Source: Acidobacteriota bacterium
GTDB lineage: Bacteria; Acidobacteriota; Vicinamibacteria; Vicinamibacterales; Fen-181
Direction: 5' to 3'
Assembly: GCA_025363775.1 (NCBI GenBank)
Contig: JANYLG010000091.1
Location: forward strand, 7,655-71,654
Length of the DNA stretch: 64,000 nucleotides
Shown here: positions 1 to 10,925 of the stretch, piece by piece
How the letters are laid out: each line of letters starts with the position of its first letter
Position numbering within the stretch: position 1 is the stretch's first letter
Made by a program: the position numbers and the translations under genes
Notes under the pieces: model-generated
The model's database searches: none
What the model saw: only the letters and a program-made list of their open reading frames with translations
What the model was told of the DNA's origin: nothing

Positions 1-844
1 GCGCCGCGAGCGACGACCGCGAGGAGAACGCCACCACCTGCGCCGGGCCGGCGGCCTTCGCGAACTGACCGAGGGGCACGCGGCCCACCCACACGGCAGC
101 CGGGTAGAGACAGACGAGGATGAAGGCCGCGCTGACCAGCGACAGCAGGCCGATGTAGTACACGAGGGCGCCCGCGGCGGCCAGCCCCATTCGCGCGCCG
201 AGCGGCACCGCAAGCGCGAACACGCCGACCGGCGTCAGCCGCAGCACCCATCCGACCAGGGCCAGCATGGCCTCCGAGACGCCCTGGAAGAACCCGACGA
301 CGATCTGGCGACGCCCGGCATCGATCATCGTCAACGACAGGCCGAACGCGAGTGAGAACACGATCAAGGGCAGGATCGCGCCGTCCACGGCCGCCTTCAG
401 CGCGTTGACCGGCACCAGGTCCACCACCCACTGCGACCACGACGGCAGGCTCCTGGCGCTCTCGGCAGCGGTCTTCCCCACGCTCGCCGCGCCCGCGCGG
501 AGGCTGGCCGCCACGGCCGGGTCGATCCCGAGGCGCGCCAGCAACGGGTACGCGCACGCAGCGCTGAACGTCGTCGCCGCGGCGACGAACACGGCGAACA
601 GCGCCACGGCGCGGACGCCCAGCCGCCCGACGGCCCTGGCGTCGCGCATCGAGGCCACGCCCACGATGAGGCCAGACGCGACGAGCGGGATGACGGTCAT
701 CCTGATCGCGTTGACGAAGATCAGGCCGATCGGCTCGACCAGGCCGGGGAACCGCTGCCACGGGCCGGGACCAGCCGCGGCGACGCCAATGCCGATCGCC
801 AGGCCGATGACGAGTCCGATCAGGACGCGGAGGGTGAAAGACAT
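1..844 (-). CDS. Dicarboxylate/amino acid:cation symporter (DAACS, GltP/DctA-like), 5' part; gene runs off the left edge
   Basis: Not in the ORF track because it has no stop in the window. My reverse-strand translation from the ATG at 844-842 reads MSFTLRVLIGLVIGLAIGIGV...IFVNAIRMTVIPLVASGLIVGVASM...VVAFSSRSSLAA. It is hydrophobic and helix-rich, with the SSRSS-type motif typical of DAACS carriers. The + ORF 267..977 is its Arg/Ala-rich shadow. Confidence 0.7.
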   Translation of the reverse strand, partial: MSFTLRVLIGLVIGLAIGIGVAAAGPGPWQRFPGLVEPIGLIFVNAIRMTVIPLVASGLIVGVASMRDARAVGRLGVRAVALFAVFVAAATTFSAACAYPLLARLGIDPAVAASLRAGAASVGKTAAESARSLPSWSQWVVDLVPVNALKAAVDGAILPLIVFSLAFGLSLTMIDAGRRQIVVGFFQGVSEAMLALVGWVLRLTPVGVFALAVPLGARMGLAAAGALVYYIGLLSLVSAAFILVCLYPAAVWVGRVPLGQFAKAAGPAQVVAFSSRSSLAA

Positions 845-856
845 GGCGCGCCGATT

Positions 857-1540
857 CTACCTCAGGAAGAGCCGCACGCCGAACCCGACGAGCAGCGCCC
901 CCGTGAGCCCTTCGAGCGACCGCCGGACGAACGGGCGGGCCATCCAGCTGGCCAGCGCGCCAAGCGCGGCGGCGTAGATTGTGAGCCACACCAGGCTCAT
1001 CGACACGTGCGTCGCCGCGAGCACGACGAAGCGGCCGAAGAACGGATCCTGAGGGCCGATGAACTGCGGCAGGAATGTCATGTAGAACAGGATCACCGGA
1101 GGGTTCAACAGGTTGGTCAGAATGCCTGTCAACACGAAGCCTCGACGCCCGGTTGCGCCCCACGCGGTCGGCTGGCCCGCGCGGTTCGCCGCGCCGGGTG
1201 CGGCCGGCGAATCACCGACCTGCGCGTCCGGCCCGGAGCGCGACGCCCCGCTTCGGATCGCCCGCCAGATTCCCCGCACCCCCAAGTAGGTCAGGTACGC
1301 CGCTCCCCCGCCCTTCACGAACTGCAGCGTCCAGGGCCACTGATGAAACACGAACGACATCCCCAGCGCGGACGCCAGCGCCAGCGATGAGTTCGCGATG
1401 TTGACCCCGATCACCGTGTAGAGCGCGGCCTTCCGCCCCCCGCCGACCGCCGCCTCGAGGACGACGGCCATGGTGGCGCCGGGGCTGACGACCAGCAGGG
1501 CAGAAATGGTGGCGAACGCGACGTAGCGGGCATCGAACAT
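857..1540 (-). CDS. LysE/RhtB family amino-acid exporter
   Basis: 227-aa ORF. The N-terminus ...ISALLVVSPGATMAVVLEAA and the later LTNLLNPPVILFYMTFLPQFI are LysE-type motifs. A Gly/Ala/Arg-rich central loop insert is present. The stop lies 13 nt upstream of the symporter start. Confidence 0.8.
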   Translation of the reverse strand: MFDARYVAFATISALLVVSPGATMAVVLEAAVGGGRKAALYTVIGVNIANSSLALASALGMSFVFHQWPWTLQFVKGGGAAYLTYLGVRGIWRAIRSGASRSGPDAQVGDSPAAPGAANRAGQPTAWGATGRRGFVLTGILTNLLNPPVILFYMTFLPQFIGPQDPFFGRFVVLAATHVSMSLVWLTIYAAALGALASWMARPFVRRSLEGLTGALLVGFGVRLFLR

Positions 1541-1647
1541 CGGGCGACTATTCTACCCGATTGACCGGGGCGCTCCATGCCGCCGACACCCGCCGCGTCT
1601 TTGCGCCGCTCAGTCCTCGACACCAGGACCGGGAGTCGTCGATGTCG

Positions 1648-3009
1648 CTACCGCGTCCACCGCCCGTTCGGCGTGCGGACCGGTCCGGGGTGGAAGAAGT
1701 CTTCGGGCACCATCACCCCGTCCTTCTTGAAAACCATGCCGTTCTTCATGACGAAGCCGACGTTGCGGAGCGCGTCGATATCGGTCAGCGGATCTCCAGA
1801 CACGGCGATGAGGTCGGCGAACAGGCCGGGCTTGATCGGACCGCGCTCGGCGATCACGTCGGCCGCCCTGTAGCCGTTGATCGTCATGGCTCGCAGGATG
1901 TCCGCGGGCGGGATCCCGGCGGCTTTCCAGGTGAGCAGGAAGTTGATGGTCAGGTCGCCGCGCGTCATCCAGCGGCCTGTCTTCTCGTCCTTCATCCGCT
2001 CGTTCCAGTAGTCGAAGTCGGTCGAGAAGGTGAGCTTCACGCCGGCCGTGTAGGCACTCTTCAGCTGTGCGACCGCACGGTCGAACGCCTGTTGCGTGCC
2101 GCGATAGGGGGTGAACGGCGTGTCGGTGCCGGCGAGGAAGATCCCCTTCTGCGCGGCCTGCTTGTGCTGCTCGGGCGTCAGGGCGTTGTGCGCGATCATG
2201 TAGATGCCCGCGTCGATGGCGTGCTGCGCGCCCTCGACCGTCTGTACGTGCCCTTCCACTTTGCAGCCGCCCTGCGCCGCCTCGCGGATCGCGAGCTTGA
2301 TGTCGTCGACCGAGTACATCCACGGCTTGCAGTCGATGCAGAGCTTGATGGTCTTCGCGCCAAATAGCATATTCTCGCGCACGGCGCGAACGATCTCATC
2401 GGGGCTGTTCGCATCGATGTACTCCGGGTACATGATGTTGTGGTTCTTGTACATCTCCGGCGTGGGCCAATACTGGCCACCGGTGCTGCCGATCATGGGG
2501 CCCGACGGGATCACGGTCGGCCCGGGGAGCCACCCCTGCTCGATCGCCTGGCGGAGCGCCGTGTCGGTGTAGAGCGCGCCGTTGCCGACGTCGCGTACCA
2601 CGGTGAATCCCGAGTTGAGCAACTGGATCGCGTTCGACGCCCCCTGGATTGCGCGCAGAGGCGAAGACTCCATGATGTAGGTCAGGTAGTAGTAGTTGTT
2701 CTCGGGCTTCTCCTTGTAGGTGAGCATCATGTGGGTGTGCGCGTCCACCAGCCCGGGCATGACCGTCATCTTCGACAAGTCGATGACCGTGGCGCCCGCC
2801 GGGATCTGCAGGTTGGCGCCGACTGCCTTGATTTTCTCGCCCTCGACGATGATGACTTGATTGACCGCCGCCGTGCCTGTCTCTGGGTCGAGCAACCGTC
2901 CTGCCTTGATCACCGTGACAGGTGTCTGGGGTGCGGGTGGCGTCTGAGCTGAGAGGACGATGGCCGTCACGGCCACGAGGATCGCTACGAGACCGAATCG
3001 CTTGTACAT
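1648..3009 (-). CDS. Secreted amidohydrolase-family metallohydrolase
   Basis: 453-aa ORF. It has a signal-like N-terminus (MYKRFGLVAILVAVTAIVLSAQ), the PGLVDAHTHM metal-binding motif and a C-terminal ADLIAVSGDPL motif typical of the amidohydrolase superfamily. Confidence 0.85.
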   Translation of the reverse strand: MYKRFGLVAILVAVTAIVLSAQTPPAPQTPVTVIKAGRLLDPETGTAAVNQVIIVEGEKIKAVGANLQIPAGATVIDLSKMTVMPGLVDAHTHMMLTYKEKPENNYYYLTYIMESSPLRAIQGASNAIQLLNSGFTVVRDVGNGALYTDTALRQAIEQGWLPGPTVIPSGPMIGSTGGQYWPTPEMYKNHNIMYPEYIDANSPDEIVRAVRENMLFGAKTIKLCIDCKPWMYSVDDIKLAIREAAQGGCKVEGHVQTVEGAQHAIDAGIYMIAHNALTPEQHKQAAQKGIFLAGTDTPFTPYRGTQQAFDRAVAQLKSAYTAGVKLTFSTDFDYWNERMKDEKTGRWMTRGDLTINFLLTWKAAGIPPADILRAMTINGYRAADVIAERGPIKPGLFADLIAVSGDPLTDIDALRNVGFVMKNGMVFKKDGVMVPEDFFHPGPVRTPNGRWTR

Positions 3010-3065
3010 GTCTGCCTCCTTGAGAGAATGACAGCGATCATCATAGCCCGACGCTCAATCCAGAG

Positions 3066-5753
3066 CTATTCGCAGCGCAGCGATTCCACAGGGTCGATCC
3101 CGGCGGCCCGCCGGGCGGGGATATAGACCGCAATCGCCGCCACGGCCAGCAGCAGTGCCATCGCGGCCACGATCGTTGCCGGATCGGTTGGCTTCAGGCC
3201 GTAGAGAATCGACTCGACGAACCGGGTCGCCGCCAGCGCCGCCGCCATCCCGACGCAGGCGCCAGGCACAATCACCTTCGCGCTGTCCAGCAGCATCAGC
3301 CGCAATACCGCGCCGCGGCTGGCTCCGAGCGCCAGCCGCACTCCCATTTCCACCGTCCGCCGCGCCACAGCGAATGCGACGATGCCGTAGAGGCCGATCG
3401 CCGCCAGCAGCAGGGCCACCACGCCGAACGCGGAGGACAACAGCGACAAGCTTCGATCCACGGCGAGTTGCTGGCCGATCTGTTCCGAGTAGGTGCGAAC
3501 TCGGGAGACGGGCATCGTGGGTGCGAGTTCGTGCACGATGCGGTTGATCTCGGCCGACACCCGTCCCGGGCCCCCTGCGATTTTCAACGCGAACGTCGGT
3601 CCCATTGGAACCGAGTGCTGCACATCGGGGAAATAGGCGACAGGGGACGGCGGCATTCGGATCCGGGCGTACTTCCCGTCGCGGACGACGCCGACAATTT
3701 CGAACGTCACCGCGTCCCGGTCCGGTTCCGCCGTGAACGTTTGGCCGAGTGGCACTGCGCCCCGGAGGTATTTGGCCACGAACGACTGGTTGACGATCGC
3801 GACCTTCGGCGCAGCAGGGCCATCGCGTTCGTCGAAGAACCGGCCGGCGACGAGCGGGATTTGGAGCGTCTGGTGGAACCGCGGGCCAACGCAGAGCAGG
3901 TTGCAGGGCGGTCGCTTCTTGGCCGGATCCCCCGGCACCTGCACCCTGGTGTTCCAGCTGATGTTGTCCACCAGCGCGAACGACGACCAGGTGATCGCCC
4001 TGATGTCGGGAACCTGCGCCAGACGGTTCGCGATTCGATCGGTCGCCTGCGCCTTCTGGTCAGGCGAATACCCGGCCGCGGTGGGGTCGAGCGAAAAGAG
4101 GAGGATGCCATCGGGATTGAAGCCGAGCGGCACCGCCTGCAAGTTTCCCAGGCTGCGCACGAACAGCCCTGCGATCACCAGCACCAGAAGCGACAGGGCG
4201 ATCTGCACCGCGACCAGCGGCCGGCCAAGGCCGATTCGATGCTTCCAGCCCACACGTACGGTCGCGCCGGCCCGGAGGGCGTGTGCGACGGACGAGCGCG
4301 AGAGCGTGATGGCTGGCGCGATGCCGACCAGCAGTCCAGCCAGCACCGAGATCCCGAGGTCGAAACCGAGCACCCGCCAGCTGAACCCGAGATCCAGGAC
4401 GAGGGACGATTTCTCCGGCGCCAGCGACAAGATTGCCTGCGCAAACCAGCGGGCAAACAGGTAGCCAGCCGCACCACTCATGACCGCGAGCATCAGGCTC
4501 TCGGTGAGGTGCTGCCGCACGAGGCGCAGCCGGCCGGCGCCCAGCGCGAGTCGCATCGCCGCCTCCTTGCTTCGGGCGGCGCCGCGGGCCAACAGGAGAT
4601 TGGCCACGTTCGAACAGGCGATCATCAGGACGAGGGCCACGAGTGCCATCAGGATGACGACAGGCCTGAAAGCCTCCTGCTGCTGGAAGGCGAATCCCTG
4701 CGCCCCAGGCCGCAGGCCGAACGTGGCATTCTGCTTGGGCTTGGTGATATGCGGCTTCACGAGCCCGGCGAACTGGGTGCCAAGGGACGCCTGAAGTGCC
4801 TGGAGACTGGTGCCCGGCTTCGGCCGTGCGACCAGCTGCAACCACCAGAACCGATCGCTCGTCAGGGGAGACTCGGCGGCGAATTCCGGGCGGAGCTTCG
4901 TGATCCAGCACGCAGGCAGGTAGAAGTCGGACCATCGGCCCGGCAGGGTGCCAAAGAACGCCGTCGGCGCCACGCCCACGATGGTGAAAATCTGCCCGTT
5001 GACGCGCATGGCGCTGCCGACCGCGCCCGGGTCGCTCCCGAACGCCTTCTGCCAGAACCGGTGACTGAGGACGATGACCGGGGGCGCCGCCAGGGAGTTG
5101 TCGGCGTCCACCAGCAGTCGGCCAGCCGCGGGCGCCACGCCGAGCACCCGGAAGAAGTTGCCGGTGACCAGCGACCCCTTGGCCGTTCCCGCCTCTCCGC
5201 GGATGACCGTAATCCCATCGTCCAGATCCTGGACGCCAGCCAGATCAACACCGGGCGTCCTGGCAAACTGCTCGTACATCGGGTAGGAGAAGGACCAGAT
5301 GTCGTCGTTGTCGCTCGTGCCCCAGATGCCGATTTCCGGCCATTCTGTGGAGTGCCATTGGGGGATGAGCAGTTCGTTCGGCCTCTGAACCGGAAGCGGT
5401 CGGACCATCAACGCATCGCCAACGGCGAACACGCCGGTGGTGGCGCCAATCGCGAGGCCGAGCGACAGCACCGCGGCCACCGTCAGTGCGGGCGAACGGC
5501 GAAGCAGCCGAAGCCCGAGCAAGATGTCCTGGCGGACGCTGTCGAGCCACGTCAGCAGGTGCACGTCACGTACGCGCTCCCTCGCCAGCAGCGGGCTGCC
5601 GAATCGGCGCAGCGCCTTCCGGCGTGCCTCGGCGGGGGACAGCCCCTCCCGCTCGTAGGCCGCGGCCCGCATGTCGATGTGAAAGCGCATCTCCTCGTCG
5701 AGTTCGCGATCGAGCCGTCCGAGGCGGAACGTGTCGAGCAGGCGTTGGAACAT
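3066..5753 (-). CDS. ADOP-family duplicated ABC-type permease (two MacB/FtsX modules)
   Basis: 895-aa ORF. The N-terminus (...LDRELDEEMRFHIDMRAAAYEREGLSPAEARRKALRRFG) is characteristic of this family. It carries two periplasmic MacB-like domains and two FtsX-type TM bundles. It lies 6 nt downstream of padR. Confidence 0.85.
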   Translation of the reverse strand: MFQRLLDTFRLGRLDRELDEEMRFHIDMRAAAYEREGLSPAEARRKALRRFGSPLLARERVRDVHLLTWLDSVRQDILLGLRLLRRSPALTVAAVLSLGLAIGATTGVFAVGDALMVRPLPVQRPNELLIPQWHSTEWPEIGIWGTSDNDDIWSFSYPMYEQFARTPGVDLAGVQDLDDGITVIRGEAGTAKGSLVTGNFFRVLGVAPAAGRLLVDADNSLAAPPVIVLSHRFWQKAFGSDPGAVGSAMRVNGQIFTIVGVAPTAFFGTLPGRWSDFYLPACWITKLRPEFAAESPLTSDRFWWLQLVARPKPGTSLQALQASLGTQFAGLVKPHITKPKQNATFGLRPGAQGFAFQQQEAFRPVVILMALVALVLMIACSNVANLLLARGAARSKEAAMRLALGAGRLRLVRQHLTESLMLAVMSGAAGYLFARWFAQAILSLAPEKSSLVLDLGFSWRVLGFDLGISVLAGLLVGIAPAITLSRSSVAHALRAGATVRVGWKHRIGLGRPLVAVQIALSLLVLVIAGLFVRSLGNLQAVPLGFNPDGILLFSLDPTAAGYSPDQKAQATDRIANRLAQVPDIRAITWSSFALVDNISWNTRVQVPGDPAKKRPPCNLLCVGPRFHQTLQIPLVAGRFFDERDGPAAPKVAIVNQSFVAKYLRGAVPLGQTFTAEPDRDAVTFEIVGVVRDGKYARIRMPPSPVAYFPDVQHSVPMGPTFALKIAGGPGRVSAEINRIVHELAPTMPVSRVRTYSEQIGQQLAVDRSLSLLSSAFGVVALLLAAIGLYGIVAFAVARRTVEMGVRLALGASRGAVLRLMLLDSAKVIVPGACVGMAAALAATRFVESILYGLKPTDPATIVAAMALLLAVAAIAVYIPARRAAGIDPVESLRCE

Positions 5754-5759
5754 ATTCCC

Positions 5760-6092
5760 TTACGAGACCTGCAGGACGCGCTGGATCGCATCCACCACCA
5801 GGCGCCAGTTGCGCACCTGGTCGGCCAGCTGCTTCGACCCGGCGGCGGTGATGCCGTAGAACTTCGCCCGGCGGTTGTGCTCGGAGGTGCGCCAGTTCGA
5901 CTGCACCCAGCCCTCCTGCTCCATCCGGTGCAGGGCCGGGTACAGGGATCCTTCCTCCACCCGCAGCACATCGTCGGACACCGACTCCACGTGAAGAGCA
6001 ATCCCGTACCCGTGGAGCGGGCCGCGCGAGGCGAGGGTCTTGAGGATCAGCAGGTCCAGGGCCCCTTGCAGGTTGTCGGGTCTCTTCAGCAT
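5760..6092 (-). CDS. PadR-family transcriptional regulator
   Basis: 110-aa ORF. The winged-helix PadR core reads LDLLILKTLASRGPLHGYGIALHVESVSDDVLRVEEGSLYPALHRMEQEGWV. The arrangement as first gene of a padR-permease pair is typical. Confidence 0.9.
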   Translation of the reverse strand: MLKRPDNLQGALDLLILKTLASRGPLHGYGIALHVESVSDDVLRVEEGSLYPALHRMEQEGWVQSNWRTSEHNRRAKFYGITAAGSKQLADQVRNWRLVVDAIQRVLQVS

Positions 6093-6123
6093 GGCGGCTG
6101 TACCAAAGATATATTACTAAGTT

Positions 6124-6139
6124 GTCTATGTATATAGAC
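6124..6139. promoter_or_regulatory. Candidate PadR operator: inverted repeat GTCTAT-gtat-ATAGAC
   Basis: A near-perfect 16-bp palindrome inside the only AT-rich patch of this region, 32-47 nt upstream of the padR start codon. Confidence 0.35.
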
Positions 6140-6162
6140 GATAACACACCGCCGGAGGTTCC

Positions 6163-6384
6163 GTGCGGCCTATCCCCCGTGCCGGAGGTGTCGAGCCGGG
6201 CGCCGGCGCGTCGTGGACGGACGTGGCATACGATGCCGTCGCGCCGGGTTTCTTCCGGACAATGGGCGCGGTGCTCGTTTGCGGACGAGACTCCTCCGAT
6301 CGAGACCGCGAGGGTGTGCGGCCGGTTGTGATCGTCGACGAAACGCTCGCGCACCGGCTCTGGCCCGGCGCGATTCCGCAGTAG
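6163..6384 (+). pseudogene. Remnant of a second ADOP/MacB-type permease (periplasmic-domain fragment only)
   Basis: The 73-aa ORF ...[43 protein letters not shown] parallels the periplasmic segments of the 895-aa permease (PRFHQTLQIPLVAGRFFDERDG..KVAIVNQSFVAKYL). It has no TM helices and no flanking coding signal. Confidence 0.5.
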
Positions 6385-6617
6385 CACTCGTTCGCCGGCC
6401 GCGGACGCCCGAGACGGCGATCGACCGGCCACCGCGCCCCCGGACCGCATCACCGGAGCGGACCTGGACGTGTGGTTCAGGCCCGACGCTCCGCCATTTC
6501 AGGGCCTCCCAAATATCGAACACTGCAAGAAAGTGCGACAGACGGCTTGAGTCCGCCCGGCCGTTGCCGATTCCTCTAATGCAGGTGTGCTGCCTTCGCG
6601 CTGTGCCGTGCCTCACT

Positions 6618-9600
6618 ATGCCGACACGCTGGACTCGCCTCGTCTCTGTCGCGCTCATGTTCGTGCTGGCCACCTGGGCCGGGGAGAGATCGGCGTGCGG
6701 TCTCGATCCCGCGAAGCGGATCAGCCAGTACAGTCAGCAGGCCTGGATGGTGGAAGACGGCCTGCCGCAGAACGCGATCCAATGCGTGCTGCAAACCCGT
6801 GACGGCTACGTCTGGCTCGGCACCCAGGAGGGCCTGGTCCGCTTCGACGGCACGCGCTTCGCCGTCTTCGACAAGACCAACACGCCGTCGTTCAGGAGCA
6901 ATGACGTCACCGGCCTCGCCGAATCTCCGGACGGGAGGTTGTGGGTGGCCACCGCCGCCGGGCTCATCGGCCTGAAGGACGGCACGTTCACGGCGTACCG
7001 GACCGACAACGGTCTCCCCTTCGACTTTCTCACCTGCGTGACGATGGCGCCTGACGGCGCCCTCTGGGCCGGCTCCATGGGCGGTGGCGCGATCCGCATG
7101 AAGGACGGCCGCTTCAGCGTCCTGGGTCTCGGCCAGGGACTTCCGCACGGCATCGTCTCCGACATCCTCATCGAGAGCGATGGCCACGTCTGGATCGCCA
7201 CCAACGCCGGCCTCGCCGAGGTCGAAGGGGGGCGGGTCGTTTCGGTGCGCGGCACGGCGAACGGCTTGCCGAACGCCAACGTGCGTGCGCTGATGCAGGA
7301 CGCCGACGGATCGCTCTGGATCGGCACGGCTGCCGGGTTGGCAAAGATGATGGCCGGGAAGATACAGGTCGTCGGTCAGGGCACCACGCTGGCGGGCGCC
7401 GATATCCGTGTCATCTATCGCGATCGTCATGGCGCGCTCTGGGTGGGCACCGACGGGCGTGGCCTCAACCGCATGGTCGGCCAGTCTGTCGAGAGCTACA
7501 CGAGCAAGCAGGGGCTGACGAGCGACTTCGTCTGGGCCGTCTTCGAGGACCGCGAGGCGAACCTCTGGGTCGGCACAATCGGCGGAGGGCTGGTCCGGCT
7601 CAAGGACGGGGCCTTCACGGCATACACCACGGCCGAGGGGCTGTCGAACAACTTCGCAAGACCGATCATCCAGACCAGCGACGGCGCCATCTGGGTCGGC
7701 ACCCAGGGCGGCGGAGTGAACCGCATCAAGGACGGCGTGATTACGGCCTGGAGTACCGCCGAACATCTGCCCGATCCCATGGTGTGGGCGCTCGGCGAGA
7801 CCCGCGACGGCAGCGTGTGGATCGGCACGAACAAAGGCCTGACCGAGATGAAGGACGGTCGCGTTCGCCGCACGTACACCAGCCGCGACGGTTTGGTGGG
7901 CGATGTGGTGCGGGCGATCTTCGAAGCAGCGGACGGGACGATGTGGATTGGGACGCGGGGCGGCGGCTTGTGCACGCTCCGCAACGGCAGGTTCACCGCG
8001 CTGAACGGCGACAAAGCCGTCAGGGACATGGTGATCCACGCCATCATGCAGGATCGAGACGGCGCCATCTGGGTTGGCTCCAACGGCGGCCTCACCAGGT
8101 TCAAGGACGGCGTCTTCACGACGTTCACGACGCGCGACGGGCTGTCGAGCGATACCGTCTATACGATTCGCGAAGACCGTGACGGCGTGCTCTGGATTGG
8201 GTCGTACGGCGGCGGCCTGACACGCCTCGCGACAGGGAAATTTTCGAGATTCACCGCGCGCGACGGACTGTTCGACGATGTCGTGTTCGAGGTGCTCGAC
8301 GACAACGCCGGCAGCCTGTGGATGACGTGCAACAAGGGCATCTTCCGCGTGAGCAAGACGGATCTCGACCGCTTCGCGCGCGGCGAGATCCGATCCTTTC
8401 AGTCGATTGTGTACGGCGTCGCCGACGGCATGCGATCGGCCGAGTGCAACGGCAACGTGCAGCCGGCCGGGTGGCGCGCGGCCGACGGGCGGCTCTGGTT
8501 CCCGACGCTGAAAGGTGTGGTCTCAATCGATCCCTCGCAAGCCCGGACGAGCGCGCCTCCACCGCCCGTGCTCGTGCAGCGGGTCGTGGTGGACAGCGTG
8601 GACTTCGACCTGAGGAAGGCACTGCGCGCGGGTCCTGGCGTGCGCAACCTCGAAATCAGGTATGCCGCGCTGACGTTCGTCTCGCCGAGGCGAATCTCGT
8701 TCCGCTACAAGCTGGAGGGATTCGATCCGGACTGGGTGGACGTTGGGACGCGGCGCGCAGCCTACTACACGAACGTTCCGCCCGGCGCCTATCGCTTCCT
8801 CGTGGGCGCCCGGAACGCCAATGGACAGTGGACGCGGGAACCAGTCGCCGTGTCCATCACGCTGCTCCCGCAGATCTGGCAGACCGTCTGGTTCTACGCG
8901 ATCTGCGCGCTGCTGATCGTCGGCATGGCGTTCGGTCTGCACCGGGCACGCGTGCGGTCATTGCGCCTCCGCGAAGACCATCTCGTGCGGCTGGTGGACG
9001 AGCGGACGCGGGATCTCGAGCAGGCGAAGCTGACCGCCGAGGCGGCCAGCCGGGCGAAGAGCGAATTTCTCGCAAACATGAGCCACGAGATCCGCACGCC
9101 GATGAACGGCATCATCGGCATGACGGACCTGGCGCTGGATACGCCGCCGTCCGTCGAGCAGCGCGAGTACCTCACGATGGTGAAGGCTTCAGCCGAGTCG
9201 CTGATGACCGTGATCAACGACGTGCTCGACTTCTCGAAGATCGAAGCGGGCAAGATCGATCTCGACGAGGTGCCCTTCGGCCTGCGGACGGCGGTGGCGG
9301 ACGCGATGCGGACGCTCGCGCTGCGGGCGCACGAGAAGGGACTCGAACTGCTGTGGCGCGTGGCGCCAGAGGTCCCCGACGGCCTGGTCGGGGATCCGGG
9401 CCGGTTGCGGCAGGTCTTGATCAACCTCGCGGGAAACGCCATCAAGTTCACTGCCACGGGCGAGATCGTCCTCGAGGTGGAGCTGGAGCGGCACACCGCC
9501 GCCGACGTCGTGCTGCACTGCCTGGTGCGTGACACCGGGATCGGGATTCCGCGCGACAAGCAGCAGGCGATCTTCGACGCGTTCGTCCAGGCCGATGGGT

Positions 9601-10616
9601 CGACGACGCGCAAGTACGGAGGCACGGGCCTCGGCTTGACGATTTCTTCCCGCCTCGTGTCGCTGATGCACGGCAACCTTCGCGTGGAGAGCGACGAAGG
9701 CCAGGGCAGCGCGTTCCACTTCACGGTCCGCTTCGGCCTCGCGCCCGCCTCGGCACTGCCACCCGAGATGGTCGTCACGCCCGACTTGGCGGACCTCGAC
9801 GTCCTCGTCGTGGATGACAACGCGACGAACCGACGCATACTCCACGAGATGCTGACATCCTGGAAGATGCGGCCAACGACGGTCGCCGACGGGGCGGCCG
9901 CGCTGGCGGCTCTGCAGGAGTCGGCCCGCCAGGGGAAGCCGTTCCGCCTCGTCGTTCTCGACATGATGATGCCGGGCATGGACGGCTTCGAGGTGTGCAA
10001 ACGCCTGAGACAACTGCCGGGCGTCGGCCAGACACCGGTCATCGTTCTCACCTCGGCGCTGAGGGGCGATGACCTGGCGACGCGCCAGCGCCTGGACATC
10101 AGGGCCTGCCTCACCAAGCCAGTTCGTGCGTCCGACCTGCTCGATGCCATGACGGCGATCGTCGCAGGCACGGCGCCGCCGTCCCCTTGCGGCGTCACCG
10201 GAAAGGCGGAGCCCGAGGCCGGCGGGATGGCGCGGGGCCGGGTGCTTCTGGCCGAAGACAACGCCGTCAACCAGCGGCTGGCCACACGCATGCTCGAACG
10301 CCGCGGGTTTGTCGTCACCGTGGCTCCGACGGGGCGGGTGGCGTTCGAGCTGATGAGTGCCCGCGAATTCGATCTGGTGTTGATGGACGTGCAGATGCCG
10401 GAGATGAACGGGTTTGAAGCGACACAGGCGATTCGCAAGCGAGAGCGCGGCACCGGACGCCACGTGCCGATCGTGGCGATGACCGCCCACGCGATGAAAG
10501 GCGACCGCGAGCGCTGCCTCGAGACCGGCATGGACGCGTACGTCTCGAAGCCGATCCGCGCCGTGGAGCTGTTTGCCGCGATCGACGAGGTGATGGCCGG
10601 CGTGGAACAGGGCTGA
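6618..10616 (+). CDS. Hybrid sensor histidine kinase/response regulator with periplasmic beta-propeller repeats
   Basis: I start the ORF 6213..10616 at the ATG at 6618, where a signal/TM segment begins ([21 protein letters not shown]). About 12 repeats of the WVGT..GL..F type follow (two-component regulator propeller), then a Y_Y_Y-like region, a TM segment, HisKA ([16 protein letters not shown]), an HATPase domain ([13 protein letters not shown]) and two receiver domains (DxxMPxMDG, KP). Confidence 0.9.
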   Translation: MPTRWTRLVSVALMFVLATWAGERSACGLDPAKRISQYSQQAWMVEDGLPQNAIQCVLQTRDGYVWLGTQEGLVRFDGTRFAVFDKTNTPSFRSNDVTGLAESPDGRLWVATAAGLIGLKDGTFTAYRTDNGLPFDFLTCVTMAPDGALWAGSMGGGAIRMKDGRFSVLGLGQGLPHGIVSDILIESDGHVWIATNAGLAEVEGGRVVSVRGTANGLPNANVRALMQDADGSLWIGTAAGLAKMMAGKIQVVGQGTTLAGADIRVIYRDRHGALWVGTDGRGLNRMVGQSVESYTSKQGLTSDFVWAVFEDREANLWVGTIGGGLVRLKDGAFTAYTTAEGLSNNFARPIIQTSDGAIWVGTQGGGVNRIKDGVITAWSTAEHLPDPMVWALGETRDGSVWIGTNKGLTEMKDGRVRRTYTSRDGLVGDVVRAIFEAADGTMWIGTRGGGLCTLRNGRFTALNGDKAVRDMVIHAIMQDRDGAIWVGSNGGLTRFKDGVFTTFTTRDGLSSDTVYTIREDRDGVLWIGSYGGGLTRLATGKFSRFTARDGLFDDVVFEVLDDNAGSLWMTCNKGIFRVSKTDLDRFARGEIRSFQSIVYGVADGMRSAECNGNVQPAGWRAADGRLWFPTLKGVVSIDPSQARTSAPPPPVLVQRVVVDSVDFDLRKALRAGPGVRNLEIRYAALTFVSPRRISFRYKLEGFDPDWVDVGTRRAAYYTNVPPGAYRFLVGARNANGQWTREPVAVSITLLPQIWQTVWFYAICALLIVGMAFGLHRARVRSLRLREDHLVRLVDERTRDLEQAKLTAEAASRAKSEFLANMSHEIRTPMNGIIGMTDLALDTPPSVEQREYLTMVKASAESLMTVINDVLDFSKIEAGKIDLDEVPFGLRTAVADAMRTLALRAHEKGLELLWRVAPEVPDGLVGDPGRLRQVLINLAGNAIKFTATGEIVLEVELERHTAADVVLHCLVRDTGIGIPRDKQQAIFDAFVQADGSTTRKYGGTGLGLTISSRLVSLMHGNLRVESDEGQGSAFHFTVRFGLAPASALPPEMVVTPDLADLDVLVVDDNATNRRILHEMLTSWKMRPTTVADGAAALAALQESARQGKPFRLVVLDMMMPGMDGFEVCKRLRQLPGVGQTPVIVLTSALRGDDLATRQRLDIRACLTKPVRASDLLDAMTAIVAGTAPPSPCGVTGKAEPEAGGMARGRVLLAEDNAVNQRLATRMLERRGFVVTVAPTGRVAFELMSAREFDLVLMDVQMPEMNGFEATQAIRKRERGTGRHVPIVAMTAHAMKGDRERCLETGMDAYVSKPIRAVELFAAIDEVMAGVEQG

Positions 10617-10925
10617 AGCCTCAGATCGCAATCACGACGCGAGTCGTCGGCTGGACCTGGCGTACCAGCAGCGCGTCAACGGATGGATCCACGCGCCACA
10701 CGCTGTGGAAGACGCTCATGCACTCCTGCGGCGGGGTGGAGCCGCTGGCCGACACCCTGGCAGCGATCCCCAGGACAGGTGCCAGAGGAACCGGGTGGTG
10801 ACCTCTTGACGCGCACGAGCCCGTCGCGATAATGAGTGGAGAGAGGTTCAATGCGGGGCGTTTGGCCAGTAGGAGGACGCGGGCTCGGCGGGGGCCGGGC
10901 TCGCGTCGGGACAGGAGCACACGTC

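Noticed and set aside
267-977. A 236-aa + strand ORF at the left edge.
   Set aside because: It is the shadow of the minus-strand DAACS symporter, whose translation is clearly membrane-protein-like. The + strand product is an Ala/Arg/Pro/Thr-rich, low-complexity sequence.
3468-6137. Very long ORFs antisense or out of frame to confident genes. Examples are 3468..6137 (+), 6576..8039 (-), 8894..10531 (-), 13428..15764 (+), 39503..41977 (+), 43748..44722 (-), 44804..46678 (-), 56239..57759 (+) and 60261..61750 (-).
   Set aside because: Their translations are Arg/Gly/Ala/Pro-rich and low in complexity, with no recognisable motifs. They fully overlap genes with strong family signatures. Such stop-free shadow frames are expected in GC-rich DNA.
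6213-6617. 5' extensions offered by the ORF track for several genes. Examples are the sensor kinase from 6213, 10836, 23148, 24161, 25173, 33560, 43105, 46330, 49372, 50998, 54259, 57570, 57603, 61054 and 61857.
   Set aside because: The extensions are Arg/Pro-rich junk that overlaps upstream genes or intergenic DNA. In each case an internal ATG or GTG coincides with a signal peptide or the conserved family N-terminus, often with a Shine-Dalgarno-like site or a stop/start overlap.
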